A stretch of 64,000 nt of DNA from Oscillospiraceae bacterium (GTDB taxonomy: Bacteria > Bacillota > Clostridia > Oscillospirales > Acutalibacteraceae): contig CADABX010000002.1 in NCBI GenBank assembly GCA_902786285.1, forward strand, positions 20,855 through 84,854, in the 5' to 3' direction. The notes beneath the pieces were generated by a model. It was not told the origin of the DNA and made no database searches. It saw only the letters and a list, made by a program, of their open reading frames with translations. Position 1 is the stretch's first letter; each line of letters starts with the position of its first letter. The translations under genes and the position numbers were made by a program. Of the stretch, positions 46,025 through 57,130 are shown one piece after another.

Positions 46025-46908
46025 GTCCCGCCGGCCGGTTTTGGGATGCCGAGCTTTTGAAAAAACGCCGCACTGCTTTCGCCTGCTGCACGGTTGAACC
46101 GGCCGAGCGAAAACAGGCTTTCCGTGTCGCCCCGGGTGATGGTGTTGACGGTTTGCGCGCAGGTGAGAATCGCCTGAAAACCGCAGTCCTTCGCAATCTG
46201 CGGTGTGCTGTCGCTGCACGCGCCGAAGGGATAGGTCAGCGCCGTTGGCGTCTGTCCGGTGTATTGGCGGATCGCGTTCTGGTTTTTCGTCAGATCCTCC
46301 GTCAGCATCGCGCGGTAGGCGTCGAGCGTTTCGCCGCGCTTTTGCGCCAATCCTTTGCGGCTGCCGCCGTTTTTGTGCAGATCGTAGGTGTGGTTCTGCA
46401 GCTCAAACGATCCGCTGTCCGCAAGCCGCCGCAGCGCCTCCCACGACAGACACGCATAGCGCACGTTGGTGTCGCCGGAATCGCTGTAGGTTTGCGCAAA
46501 CTGCCCGACAACGGAGAGCACGGCTTTCATCCCGTATTCCTGCAGCAGCGGCAAAACATAAGTCTCCATACTCTGATAGCCGTCGTCGAAGGTGAGCATC
46601 ACAATCTTTTCCGGCAGCTCTTTTTCGCCCTTCACAAACGCCAGCACGTCGCCGACTGTCACGCTCGTATAGCCACACTGTTTCAGATAGGCGAGATCCT
46701 CTCGCAGGGTTTCTTCCGGCAGCACATATTTTCCGGCGCGGCGCGGGTCGCGCAGCACATGGTGATACATCACAACCGGCAGCGTGCGCGATTGCACCGG
46801 GGAGAGCGCCTGCTTTGCCGGGTCGGCGCGGACCGCGAGCAAAAACAGCACGCCGCAAAGCAAAGTCAGAAACGCAAATAGATGGATCTTTCTCAGACGG
46901 ATAATCAT
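46021..46908 (-). CDS. polysaccharide deacetylase family protein (NodB homology domain)
   Basis: N-terminal TM segment (IHLFAFLTLLCGVLFLLAV), PVVMYHHV, and the VMLTFDDGYQS motif. ATG 46908 follows GGAGTTG. Confidence 0.85.
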   Translation of the reverse strand: MIIRLRKIHLFAFLTLLCGVLFLLAVRADPAKQALSPVQSRTLPVVMYHHVLRDPRRAGKYVLPEETLREDLAYLKQCGYTSVTVGDVLAFVKGEKELPEKIVMLTFDDGYQSMETYVLPLLQEYGMKAVLSVVGQFAQTYSDSGDTNVRYACLSWEALRRLADSGSFELQNHTYDLHKNGGSRKGLAQKRGETLDAYRAMLTEDLTKNQNAIRQYTGQTPTALTYPFGACSDSTPQIAKDCGFQAILTCAQTVNTITRGDTESLFSLGRFNRAAGESSAAFFQKLGIPKPAGGT

Positions 46909-46977
46909 AGCATCAACTCCGCTTTCTTCTATCCGGATTATATGCGGCGCCGGATTTTGAAATTCCTGCGCGAACGG

Positions 46978-47006
46978 TTGATTTTGCAATGAAAATATAG
47001 TATAAT
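46978..47006 (+). promoter_or_regulatory. candidate sigmaA promoter for lon
   Basis: TTGATT (46978-46983), a 17-nt spacer, then TATAAT (47001-47006). Confidence 0.55.
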
Positions 47007-47067
47007 ACTCGATATTAAAAAAACACACGCTGGATCATCCGGCGTTTTTCAAGAACAGGAGTTTCCC

Positions 47068-49479
47068 ATGGCAGTACATTTGATTTATAAATCCCTTCCG
47101 ACCGTCGCTTTGCGCGGCATGGTCGTATTTCCCGGCATGCGTCTGCATTTCGAGGTGGGACGCGACAAATCGATCCAGGCGATCCAGGCCGCCGTCCGCG
47201 AAGGTCAGCGCGTCTTTTTGGTCACCCAGCGCAGCGTGGCGGTGGAGGATCCCGACCGGGACGACCTTTTTGAAATGGGCGTCATTGCGTCCGTCAAGCA
47301 ATTGGTGCAGTCACCCGACAACAAAAACGTCCGCGTCATTGTGGAGGGCCTCTCCCGCGCGGTGATCACCGACTTCATCAAGGGCAGCGCCTATCTCGTC
47401 AGCGACGTCAAGGAGCGCCGCAGCACGTCGCTGCGTTCTGCCAACGCCGACTATGTGGACGCGCTGATCCGCAAGACGAAGGACATCTTTGAAGAATATG
47501 TGGAGCTGACGGAAAAGAAAGCGCCGGATGTGGCGCTCGAAGTCTATCTCAGCCAGGATCCCGGCCATCTGGCCGATTTCATCGCCGGCAATGCGCTTTC
47601 GAGCTTTGAAGACCGCCAGCGCGTGCTCGAGGAACTCAATCCGATCAAACGGCTCGAACTGCTTTGCGCGATTCTGAGCCACGAAATGACCATCTACCGC
47701 ATCGAAGATCAGATCGATCAGAAGGTACAGGATTCGATGGATCAAAACCAGCACGAATACTATCTGCGTGAACAGCTCAAGGTGATCTCCGACGAGCTGG
47801 GCGACACCGAAGACGGCGTCAGCGAAGCGCAGACCTATCGCGAAAAGATTCTTGCGCTGCAGCTCGAATCGTCGATCGAAGAAAAGCTGCTCAAGGAATG
47901 CAGCCGCCTTGGCAAAATGCAGGGCACGTCGCCCGACGCCAACGTGATCCGCACGTATCTTGACACCTGTCTCGATCTGCCGTGGCACCAATATACCGAA
48001 GACCGGCTCGATCTCGACCGCGCCAAAGCAATCCTCGACCGCGACCACTACGGCATGGACAAGATCAAGGAACGCTTCCTCGAAATGCTCGCCGTGCGCG
48101 CCATGACCGACAATACCCGTGCCCAGATCATCTGTCTGGTCGGCCCGCCGGGTGTGGGCAAAACGTCGATCGTCCGTTCTGTGGCCGAAGCGATGGGCCG
48201 CAAATATGTGCGTATGTCGCTCGGCGGTGTGCGCGACGAAGCCGAGATCCGCGGCCACCGCAAAACCTACATCGGTGCCATGCCGGGCCGGATTGCCGCT
48301 GCGCTGACACAGGCGGGCTCGATGAACCCGATCATGCTGCTCGACGAAGTGGATAAACTCGGCGCCGACTATAAAGGCGATCCGTCCTCCGCGCTGCTCG
48401 AAGCGCTGGACCCCGAACAAAACAATACCTTCCGCGATCATTTTCTCGAGTTTCCGCTCGATCTGAGCCGCGTGCTGTTTATCACCACAGCCAACGACGC
48501 GTCCACGATCCCGGCGCCGCTGTATGACCGGATGGAGGTTATCGAACTGCCATCATACACCGCACAGGAAAAATTCATGATCGCAAAGCAGCATCTGCTC
48601 AAAAAGCAACTGCATCTGCACGGCCTGACAAGCGCCAAAGTGCGCGTGCGCGACGACGTGCTGCAGCTTCTGATCTCCGGCTATACACGCGAAGCCGGCG
48701 TCCGGCGGCTCGAACAGCTGCTTGCATCCATTTGCCGCAAAAGTGCTGTTCGGCTGCTGCGCGAAAAAAGGGCGAGCCTCACGGTGAACCGCGCATTGCT
48801 CGAAGAGATGCTCGGCCCGGTGAAGTTCAAAGACGACCGTTTGCCGAAAACCGACCTGGTCGGCGTTGTCAACGGCCTTGCGTGGACGAGCGTCGGCGGC
48901 GAACTGCTGCAGGTGGAGGCCGTCACCATGGACGGCAGCGGCAAGCTCGAGCTGACCGGCTCGCTCGGCGACGTGATGAAGGAATCCGCCAAAGCCGCCC
49001 ACAGCTATGTGCGCGCTGTGGCGGCCCGCTACAAGATCGATCCGCGCGTGTTCAAAGAGCGCGATATCCATATCCATGTGCCGCAGGGCGCGGTGCCCAA
49101 AGACGGTCCATCCGCCGGCGTCACGATGGCAACGGCGCTGCTTTCCGCACTGACCGGCCGCCCGGTACGCAAAGATGTGGCGATGACCGGCGAAATCTCG
49201 CTGACCGGCCGGGTGATGGCGATCGGCGGGCTCAAAGAAAAGAGTATGGCCGCCTATAAGCACGGCATCGCCGAGGTGCTGATCCCGCTGGAAAACGAAA
49301 GCGATCTGTGGGAGGTCGATCCCGTGGTCAAGGAGCATGTGGCCTTTTTCCCGGTCGACCGGCTTGAAGACGTGTTCCGCCACGCGCTGCTGCCCGAACA
49401 GAGCGAACAAAAAGAAGACGCCCATCCGCCGCTTGTCAATCCGCAACAAAAGACGAAGCGCGATACTCTCGCACAGTGA
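47068..49479 (+). CDS. lon: ATP-dependent Lon protease (endopeptidase La)
   Basis: The Lon N-terminal domain, the AAA+ Walker A GPPGVGKTS, and the proteolytic-domain motif PKDGPSAGVTMATAL are all present. Confidence 0.95.
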   Translation: MAVHLIYKSLPTVALRGMVVFPGMRLHFEVGRDKSIQAIQAAVREGQRVFLVTQRSVAVEDPDRDDLFEMGVIASVKQLVQSPDNKNVRVIVEGLSRAVITDFIKGSAYLVSDVKERRSTSLRSANADYVDALIRKTKDIFEEYVELTEKKAPDVALEVYLSQDPGHLADFIAGNALSSFEDRQRVLEELNPIKRLELLCAILSHEMTIYRIEDQIDQKVQDSMDQNQHEYYLREQLKVISDELGDTEDGVSEAQTYREKILALQLESSIEEKLLKECSRLGKMQGTSPDANVIRTYLDTCLDLPWHQYTEDRLDLDRAKAILDRDHYGMDKIKERFLEMLAVRAMTDNTRAQIICLVGPPGVGKTSIVRSVAEAMGRKYVRMSLGGVRDEAEIRGHRKTYIGAMPGRIAAALTQAGSMNPIMLLDEVDKLGADYKGDPSSALLEALDPEQNNTFRDHFLEFPLDLSRVLFITTANDASTIPAPLYDRMEVIELPSYTAQEKFMIAKQHLLKKQLHLHGLTSAKVRVRDDVLQLLISGYTREAGVRRLEQLLASICRKSAVRLLREKRASLTVNRALLEEMLGPVKFKDDRLPKTDLVGVVNGLAWTSVGGELLQVEAVTMDGSGKLELTGSLGDVMKESAKAAHSYVRAVAARYKIDPRVFKERDIHIHVPQGAVPKDGPSAGVTMATALLSALTGRPVRKDVAMTGEISLTGRVMAIGGLKEKSMAAYKHGIAEVLIPLENESDLWEVDPVVKEHVAFFPVDRLEDVFRHALLPEQSEQKEDAHPPLVNPQQKTKRDTLAQ

Positions 49480-49488
49480 GGACAAACC

Positions 49489-50073
49489 ATGAATTTCAAC
49501 TCTGCCGTTTTTGAATGTGCCGCAGGCACCGACGCACAACTGATCGCGTCCGATTTGCCGGAGATCGCTTTTTCCGGCCGCTCCAATGTCGGCAAATCGT
49601 CGCTGCTCAACCGGCTGCTTTCCCGCAAAGCGCTCGCCCGCGTCAGCTCTGTGCCGGGCAAGACTGTGACGGTCAACTTTTTTCGGTTGGACGATTGCCG
49701 CTTTGTCGATCTGCCGGGCTATGGCTATGCCAAGGTCAGCCACAGCGAAAAGCAGCGCTGGGCGGCGCTGATGGAGCATTATTTCTCCACCGGCCGCGAT
49801 CTGCGGCTGGTGGTGCAGCTGATCGATATGCGTCACCCCATGAGCGAACAGGATGCGCAGATGCTTTCGTTTCTGCAGCAAAGCGGCATCCCTTGCGTGG
49901 TAGCGCTGACCAAATGCGACAAACTGAACAAAACCGAGCGTGCGGCCATGATGCTGCAGCACTGCGAACAGATCACCGCCTACGGCGCCATCCCCGTGAT
50001 CGCGTTTTCCGCGGTCAAGGGCGACGGTGTCGAGGAACTGCGCGCAGCCGTTGCGCGTGCGCTCGAAAACTGA
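49489..50073 (+). CDS. yihA: ribosome biogenesis GTP-binding protein YihA/YsxC (EngB)
   Basis: G1 motif GRSNVGKSSLLN, then DLPGYGYAK and LTKCDK. It lies directly downstream of lon, as in many Firmicutes. Confidence 0.9.
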   Translation: MNFNSAVFECAAGTDAQLIASDLPEIAFSGRSNVGKSSLLNRLLSRKALARVSSVPGKTVTVNFFRLDDCRFVDLPGYGYAKVSHSEKQRWAALMEHYFSTGRDLRLVVQLIDMRHPMSEQDAQMLSFLQQSGIPCVVALTKCDKLNKTERAAMMLQHCEQITAYGAIPVIAFSAVKGDGVEELRAAVARALEN

Positions 50074-50098
50074 TTATCGGAAAGGAAGGAAAGCGAAT

Positions 50099-50674
50099 AT
50101 GAAAGAGCTGTTTCGCCAAAAGCTGCTGGAAAACCCCGTGATCGCGGCGGTCAAAAATGTCGATCATGTGGACGCCGCGCTCGCGTCCGACTGCACGGTA
50201 CTCTTTCTGCTGTGCGGCAATATCTTTAATCTCAAAGAGATCGTACAAAAGGCAAAGGCAAAGGGCAAGCTGATCTTTTTGCATGTCGATCTGATCGATG
50301 GCTTTTCGCGCGACGCGGTGGCGCTGCGCTATATCGCCGAGGAGATCAAACCGGACGGCATCATTTCCACCAAAAACAACCAGCTCAAGGTCGCCAAGGA
50401 GCTCGGTCTTCTGACGGTGCAGCGGCTGTTTATCATCGATTCGCTGTCCATCCAGACCACGGTCAAGGCGTCGAACCTCATCAATCCCGACACCATCGAG
50501 ATCATGCCGGGCATCATGCCGCGTATCACGCGCCAGCTCTCGCAAAAGCTCGATGTGCCCATCATTGTCGGCGGGTTGGTCAGTGAGCCGCAGGATATCG
50601 ACAACGCGCTGGCTGCCGGAGCGCGTGGTGTGTCGTCGTCGTGCCAGTCGCTGTGGCGCAAACCGTCATGCTGA
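50099..50674 (+). CDS. glpP: glycerol-3-phosphate responsive antiterminator (GlpP family)
   Basis: MKELFRQKLLENPVIAAVKN ... PDTIEIMPGIMPRITRQLSQKLDVPIIVGGLV resembles the G3P_antiterm family. ATG 50099 follows AGGAAGGAAAG. Confidence 0.7.
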   Translation: MKELFRQKLLENPVIAAVKNVDHVDAALASDCTVLFLLCGNIFNLKEIVQKAKAKGKLIFLHVDLIDGFSRDAVALRYIAEEIKPDGIISTKNNQLKVAKELGLLTVQRLFIIDSLSIQTTVKASNLINPDTIEIMPGIMPRITRQLSQKLDVPIIVGGLVSEPQDIDNALAAGARGVSSSCQSLWRKPSC

Positions 50675-51225
50675 CCGTTCGTCCGTACAAAGAAACGGAT
50701 CTCGGACGGCTGCGTGAGATCTGTCTGGAAACGTCGTCGTTCAAACGAAACGACGCAAAAACGACCGCCTTTCTCTATCTGATGTTCTGCGATTACTATG
50801 CGCTGTGTGAACCCGAAAGCGTGTTTGTTGCGGCAGACGAAACCGACACGGCGCAGGGCTATATCCTTTGCGCCAAGGATTTCAAAACCTACCGCCGCCG
50901 CTTTCGCGCGTTTTTTCAGCCGCAGGCGGACGCGCTCGGACCCTATTTTTTCGGCATCGTGCGCGGCGAAATGTTTGTGCACGGGCTGCTTTCCCGTCGC
51001 TATCCGGCACATCTGCACATCGATCTGTCCGCCGCCGCCCGCCATCAGGGCACCGGCACGCGGCTGATGGACGCGCTTAAGGCACATCTCAAGGCAACCG
51101 GCTGCCCGGGCGTGATGCTTTCGTGCGGCGCCGATAACGAAAACGCCGTGCAGTTCTATCTGCGCAACGGCTTTCGGATCCGGTATAAGCTGTTTGGCTC
51201 ATATCTGATGACGTTCGATTTTTAA
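50668..51225 (+). CDS. GNAT family N-acetyltransferase
   Basis: Acetyl-CoA binding region HIDLSAAARHQGTGTRLMDAL and the C-terminal NAVQFYLRNGF. It overlaps the glpP stop by 7 nt. Confidence 0.75.
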   Translation: MLTVRPYKETDLGRLREICLETSSFKRNDAKTTAFLYLMFCDYYALCEPESVFVAADETDTAQGYILCAKDFKTYRRRFRAFFQPQADALGPYFFGIVRGEMFVHGLLSRRYPAHLHIDLSAAARHQGTGTRLMDALKAHLKATGCPGVMLSCGADNENAVQFYLRNGFRIRYKLFGSYLMTFDF

Positions 51226-51279
51226 ACTGTTTGCATATTTTTCTTTCTGCTGTCCATACTAAGGGCAAAGGAGTGAAGA

Positions 51280-51519
51280 ATGATGCTGGATAAAATTGCT
51301 TTGGTACTCACCATTATCGGCGGGATCAATTGGGGTCTGATCGGCCTGTTTCAGTTCGATCTGGTCGCCTGGATCTTCGGCGGACAGGATGCGATCGTCA
51401 GCCGTGTGATCTACACGATCGTTGCGCTGGCGAGTATCTGGTGTATTACGCTGCTGTTTCAGGAAACCCGTCTGGCCCGCCGCGAAGAGGACCGCGACGT
51501 GCAGGACCGCGCAGCGTAA
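51280..51519 (+). CDS. DUF378 domain-containing small membrane protein
   Basis: IALVLTIIGGINWGLIGLFQFDLVAWIFGG is the DUF378 pattern. Confidence 0.8.
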   Translation: MMLDKIALVLTIIGGINWGLIGLFQFDLVAWIFGGQDAIVSRVIYTIVALASIWCITLLFQETRLARREEDRDVQDRAA

Positions 51520-51538
51520 CATCCGGGCAAATGAAAAA

Positions 51539-51575
51539 ACGCCTTTCCAAACGGAGGGCGTTTTGCCTTTTTATG
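51539..51575. terminator. terminator hairpin between convergent genes
   Basis: ACGCCTTTCC-aaac-GGAGGGCGT (wobbles and one bulge) followed by TTTTGCCTTTTT. Confidence 0.5.
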
Positions 51576-51582
51576 CAGACGG

Positions 51583-51960
51583 TCAGCCGCCGAAGCAGAA
51601 CGCGCACGGCTCATAGCCGAGCGACTGTGCTTCTTCCAAAGAAATGCTTTCTTTAGAATCGTTGAGATACGAGCAGCCGGCTTTGTGATACTTTGTGCCG
51701 GCGTGGGTCACGTAGACCACGTTGCCGCTGTCTGCTGCCGCGGTGGACGATGTCTGCGCGGTATAGGCTGCGGGCGCGGTCAGTGCCTGCTCTTTGCTGA
51801 GTCGCGTTCCCAAAACCAGAACAGCGGCAAAAACGGCGCAGGCGAGCAGCACCGCAACCAGCAAAAAGAAGGAAAACCGGCGTTTGCGCTGGTCGGCGCC
51901 GCAGACCGGACAGCTTTGCTTGCAAATATCGATTTTGACGCCGCACGATCTGCAATACAT
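51583..51960 (-). CDS. zinc-ribbon / TM / C-terminal Cys-His domain protein
   Basis: The N-terminus MYCRSCGVKIDICKQSCPVCG has two CxxC pairs. One TM helix follows (FSFFLLVAVLLACAVFAAVLVLG). The C-terminus is VYVTHAGTKYHKAGCSYL...GYEPCAFC. ATG 51960 follows GGAGG. Confidence 0.65.
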   Translation of the reverse strand: MYCRSCGVKIDICKQSCPVCGADQRKRRFSFFLLVAVLLACAVFAAVLVLGTRLSKEQALTAPAAYTAQTSSTAAADSGNVVYVTHAGTKYHKAGCSYLNDSKESISLEEAQSLGYEPCAFCFGG

Positions 51961-52060
51961 ACCGACGCCTCCCATTGGTTTCATTACACCGAGTATAGCA
52001 TATTCTTCGCCCGATTGCAAGAAAAAGTCCCGCGCTCATTGGAACGCGGGATGTGTTTTT

Positions 52061-52333
52061 TCAATGCCAGATCAGCGTCAGCAATGCGATCACGATGGCA
52101 CCTGCGCCGATGAACGCGCCGGCGATCAGCAGCGCTGCAGACAGCGCGCCGCCCACGGCAGCCTTGCGCTGGTCGCGGGTATAGTCCTCTTGGGGCGTTT
52201 CGTCGTCGTCGGGCTTGCGGAACGTGCTGTTTTTTTTGAAGCTGCGGAACGTAAACATACCGCTGCGTCCGACGCCGCTCATATCGGCAATCGTCCTGCC
52301 GTCGTCATCGTCATACGTTTTCTGCTTTTTCAT
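52061..52333 (-). CDS. small hypothetical membrane protein (90 aa)
   Basis: MKKQKTYDDDDGRTIADMSG... with a C-terminal TM segment (AAVGGALSAALLIAGAFIGAGAIVIALLTLIW). ATG 52333 lies downstream of GGAGGG and overlaps the end of the upstream ATPase gene. Confidence 0.5.
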   Translation of the reverse strand: MKKQKTYDDDDGRTIADMSGVGRSGMFTFRSFKKNSTFRKPDDDETPQEDYTRDQRKAAVGGALSAALLIAGAFIGAGAIVIALLTLIWH

Positions 52334-53346
52334 CCGTCGTGCCCTCCTTGTCATACAAATGGCAAACGACATAGTGGCCGGGCTCGATCTCCCGCTGTAC
52401 CGGGGTTTCGTGCTTGCATTTTTCCATGCAGTAGCGGCAGCGTGTGTGGAACTTGCAGCCCTTCGGCGGATTGGCGGGCGAGGGGATGGAGCCTTCCAGC
52501 ACAATGCGGTTCATCTTGACTGTGGGATCGGGAATCGGGATCGCGGAAAACAGCGCTTTGGTGTACGGGTGCAGCGGATTGCGGAAGATGTCCTCCGTTG
52601 CGCCGTATTCCACCAGCGAGCCGAGATACATCACGCCCACCGCGTCGGAGATGTGTTCCACCACGGACAGATCGTGCGAGATGAACAGATAGGTCAGATT
52701 ATATTTTTCCTGCAGATCCTTGAGCAGATTGATGATCTGCGCCTGAATCGACACGTCCAGCGCAGAGACCGGCTCGTCGCAGACGATGAATTCGGGATTC
52801 AGCGCCAGCGCGCGGGCGATGCAGATACGCTGCCGCTGGCCGCCGGAAAACTCATGGGGATAGCGCTGGCGGTGGAACGGCTGCAGACCGCAGTTGTCCA
52901 TCACCTGATCGATATAATCGTTGTATTCCGCCTTCGGCACCAGATTATGTTCGCGCACTGCTTCGCCGATAATCTCGCCGACCGGCATACGCGGCGACAG
53001 CGAGGAGAACGGATCCTGGAAGATGATCTGCATCTTGGTGCGCAGCGCACGCAGCGCCTTGTTCGACAGGTCATACACTTCCTGGCCGTTAAACAGCACC
53101 TGGCCGTCGGTCTTTTCGTCATACAGCCGCAAAATCGTGCGGCCGGTGGTCGTTTTGCCGCAGCCGGATTCGCCCACAAGGCCCATCGTGTGGCCGCGTT
53201 TGAGGTTAAACGTAACGCCGTCCACGGCCTTCACATGGCCGGTGATGCGCACGCCGTTTTTGATCGGAAAATACTTTTTCAGCGCGTTGACCTGCAAAAT
53301 ATACTGCGGATCGGGCGTGACGGGGGTGAAGGACTGCGTGTCCGTT

Positions 53347-53360
<14 letters not shown>
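52311..53360 (-). CDS. oligopeptide/dipeptide ABC transporter ATP-binding protein (OppF-like)
   Basis: Walker A GESGCGKTT, signature FSGGQRQRI, and the C-terminal Cys motif CKFHTRCRYCMEKC. ATG 53360 gives MAKNKTDTQ. Confidence 0.88.
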
Positions 53361-54513
<1,153 letters not shown>

Positions 54514-54530
54514 ATCTGTCCTCTCCTTTC

Positions 54531-56084
54531 TCAGCGTTTCATCTTCGGGTCAAACGCGTCGCGCAGACCGTCGCCGATGAAGTTGAATCCGAGCACGGTG
54601 ATCAGCAAACAGATGCCGGCGGGGATCCAGATGAACCAGTAGTTCGTCATGACGAAGGAGTTGTTGACGTCGTTGATGATGTTGCCCCAGGAGGCGAACG
54701 GGAATTTGACGCCGAGGCCGAGGAACGACAGCGTCGCTTCGGTCAAAATCGTGGAGCCGAGATCCATTGTGCAGATCACGATGAGCTGCGGGATCACGTT
54801 CGGGATCAGATGGTGGAAGATGCGGCGCGGAATGCTGATGCCGCACGCTTCGGTGGCGGTCATGAATTCCTGCTCGCGCAGCGACAGGATCTGGCCGCGG
54901 ATCAGTCTTGCGATGCCCGGCCAGCTCAAAAAGCCGAGAATCAGCATCAGATAGAGCATCCGGATGCGCGGCTCCACCTGCATCGCGTCCATCGCAGCGC
55001 CGAGGATGATGATCAGCGGGGTGGAGGGGATGCAGTAGAACACGTCGACGATACGCATGATGAGGTTGTCGACCCAGCCGCCGAAATAGCCGGAGATACC
55101 GCCGAACAGCACACCGAGGAACGCGGCAATGAACACGACGATAAAGCCGATCACCAGCGACACACGGCCGCCGTACATCAGACGGGTGAGCATATCCATG
55201 CCGTTGCCGTCGGTGCCGAGCAGGTGCGCTTTGGACGGTGCGCCGTAGGTGTCTTTGACATAGGTGCTCTTATCCTGTAAAATATTCCAGGTCATGGAAT
55301 CCGGCTTGTATTCGAGCGCATAAACGGCCTCTTCGCCGCTCTCGTCCGTGAAGCGGAACTCTTCGTCCTTGTTGTTGATCGCGTCTTCCAGCCGTTCCTT
55401 GAATTCACGGGTGATATTGATGCCCGGCTCCGCCGCCTGTACGATAAAGCGGCTGATATAAGCGATGTCTTTGCCGCCCAGCGTGACGTTGCTGTCTTTG
55501 TCGATTTTATAGGTTCTGCCGTCGAGGGAGAAGCTGTTTTCGCCGTTGGTATACGCCTGCAGCGCTGCGCGTTTGACCGCGTAGGAGACTGCGTCGCCGT
55601 CGTCCGGGGCGTTGACGATATCCTGATACGCGATAGCAAGCTCGGTGCCGTTTGCGGAGATGGCATAGAAATCCTTGCCCAGCTCTTCCACATCATAGTT
55701 CACGCCCTGATATTCAAAGCTGTCCTTTTTCTGGTTATACGCCAGCTGGAATTTCGCCTGCAGGGTAGAGCTGAACGACTGGCCGTCCGCGCTCTGATAG
55801 CGGAAGACCTTGTTTTCCGTGGCGGAAACGTAGTTCTTTTTCATGTCGGTGTAGGTATAGAAGATTTCGTCTTCGCCGTAGGGACTGATAAAGCCGCCCA
55901 CAAACGAGAATACGAACATCACGATCAGCATGACAAGACCCACCACAGACAGCGTGTTGCGGAAAAAGCGTTTGGCAACCAGCGCGCCGGGTGAAAGCAC
56001 CTTGACGCGGCGGTCGTCGTTGAGGGAATAGGTTTCCTTCTGCTCGGGAGCCGGCGCATTGGTTTTTTCGTTTTTGTCACTCAT
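54531..56084 (-). CDS. ABC transporter permease (OppC-like) with a long extracytoplasmic insertion after TM1
   Basis: BPD_transp_1 region with an EAA-like loop (ATEACGISIPRRIFHHLIPN). About 250 aa of soluble sequence lie between TM1 and TM2. Confidence 0.85.
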   Translation of the reverse strand: MSDKNEKTNAPAPEQKETYSLNDDRRVKVLSPGALVAKRFFRNTLSVVGLVMLIVMFVFSFVGGFISPYGEDEIFYTYTDMKKNYVSATENKVFRYQSADGQSFSSTLQAKFQLAYNQKKDSFEYQGVNYDVEELGKDFYAISANGTELAIAYQDIVNAPDDGDAVSYAVKRAALQAYTNGENSFSLDGRTYKIDKDSNVTLGGKDIAYISRFIVQAAEPGINITREFKERLEDAINNKDEEFRFTDESGEEAVYALEYKPDSMTWNILQDKSTYVKDTYGAPSKAHLLGTDGNGMDMLTRLMYGGRVSLVIGFIVVFIAAFLGVLFGGISGYFGGWVDNLIMRIVDVFYCIPSTPLIIILGAAMDAMQVEPRIRMLYLMLILGFLSWPGIARLIRGQILSLREQEFMTATEACGISIPRRIFHHLIPNVIPQLIVICTMDLGSTILTEATLSFLGLGVKFPFASWGNIINDVNNSFVMTNYWFIWIPAGICLLITVLGFNFIGDGLRDAFDPKMKR

Positions 56085-56098
56085 GTGTCAGCCCTCCT

Positions 56099-57085
56099 TT
56101 AAGCGATACGCACGCGCGGATCGACCACAGCGTACAAAATGTCGGAAATCAGGTTGCCCAGCAGCGTCAGCACCGCCAGGAACGTCAGGTAGAACATCGA
56201 AAACGGAATGTCGCCGATGACCATCGCGTAATACGACGCGTAGCCGATGCCCGGGATGCCGAACATCTGCTCGGTGATCAGCGCGCCCGAAAACAGACCG
56301 GGCAGTGAGCCGCCGATGATGGTGACCAGCGGGATCAGCGTATTGCGAAACGCGTGGTGATAGATGACCTTGCGCTCGGAAAGACCCTTGGCGCGTGCGG
56401 TACGGATGTAGTCCGCGTTGAGCACCTCCAGCATGTTTGTGCGCACATAACGCATCAGCGAACCGATGGACACGATCGTCAGCGTGACGATGGGCAGCAC
56501 AAGATGGTTCGCCTTGTCCATAAACTGGCCGAAGGGCGTGAGCTGGTTATAGTTGCGGCTGACCAGACCGACCAGATCGAACCAGCCGAGCTTGACCGAA
56601 AAGAACAGCTTTAAAAGCGTCGCAAAGAAGAATGACGGCAGCGAAATGCCGATCAGCGCGAACGTGGAGATCGCGTAGTCCGTGCGGGAATACTGCTTCG
56701 TTGCGGCGATCACGCCGAGCGGCACGGCGATGATGATCTCGAAGAAAAACGAGATCGCGCCCATGATGAACGAGAGCCACACGGTGTCGTTGAACTTTTC
56801 AACCACGGGTACCGTGTACTTCCACGATTCGCCGAAATTGCCGGTAAAGAAATCCTTGACCCAGCTGAAATAGCCGGCAAAGATGTTCTTGTCCAGTCCG
56901 TACATGGCGTTGAGCTGCGCCAGCCACTCCTCATAGGGCTTGGCGCCCGGGGCGGTTGAAAGCTGGATCGCGCGCGATTCCACAAAGGAGCCGGGCAGAC
57001 AGCGCATGATCAGATAGATGATGAATGTTACGCAAAACAAGATCAGCACTGACAGCGCCAGACGCTTCAAAATAAACTTGCGCAT
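56099..57085 (-). CDS. ABC transporter permease (OppB-like)
   Basis: MRKFILKRLALSVLILF..., and ADYIRTARAKGLSERKVIYHHAFRNTLIP is the EAA loop. Confidence 0.88.
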   Translation of the reverse strand: MRKFILKRLALSVLILFCVTFIIYLIMRCLPGSFVESRAIQLSTAPGAKPYEEWLAQLNAMYGLDKNIFAGYFSWVKDFFTGNFGESWKYTVPVVEKFNDTVWLSFIMGAISFFFEIIIAVPLGVIAATKQYSRTDYAISTFALIGISLPSFFFATLLKLFFSVKLGWFDLVGLVSRNYNQLTPFGQFMDKANHLVLPIVTLTIVSIGSLMRYVRTNMLEVLNADYIRTARAKGLSERKVIYHHAFRNTLIPLVTIIGGSLPGLFSGALITEQMFGIPGIGYASYYAMVIGDIPFSMFYLTFLAVLTLLGNLISDILYAVVDPRVRIA

Positions 57086-57130
57086 GCGATCACTCCGTTT
57101 TCATTTGGTTTCGTTATGTCCATCATAGAC

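Noticed and set aside
45954-46196. The longer Zur ORF (track start 46196, or ATG 45995).
   Set aside because: The extension overlaps the 3' end of the upstream deacetylase gene and the consensus promoter and operator. ATG 45995 abuts the -10 box (45996-46001), at or upstream of the expected transcription start. TTG 45953 has a proper GGAGG.
50099-50674. GlpP antiterminator as a sign of a nearby glycerol operon or other unusual regulation.
   Set aside because: No glpF/K/D genes or obvious antiterminator target hairpins lie nearby. The family call itself is only moderately confident, so nothing more can be said from this window.
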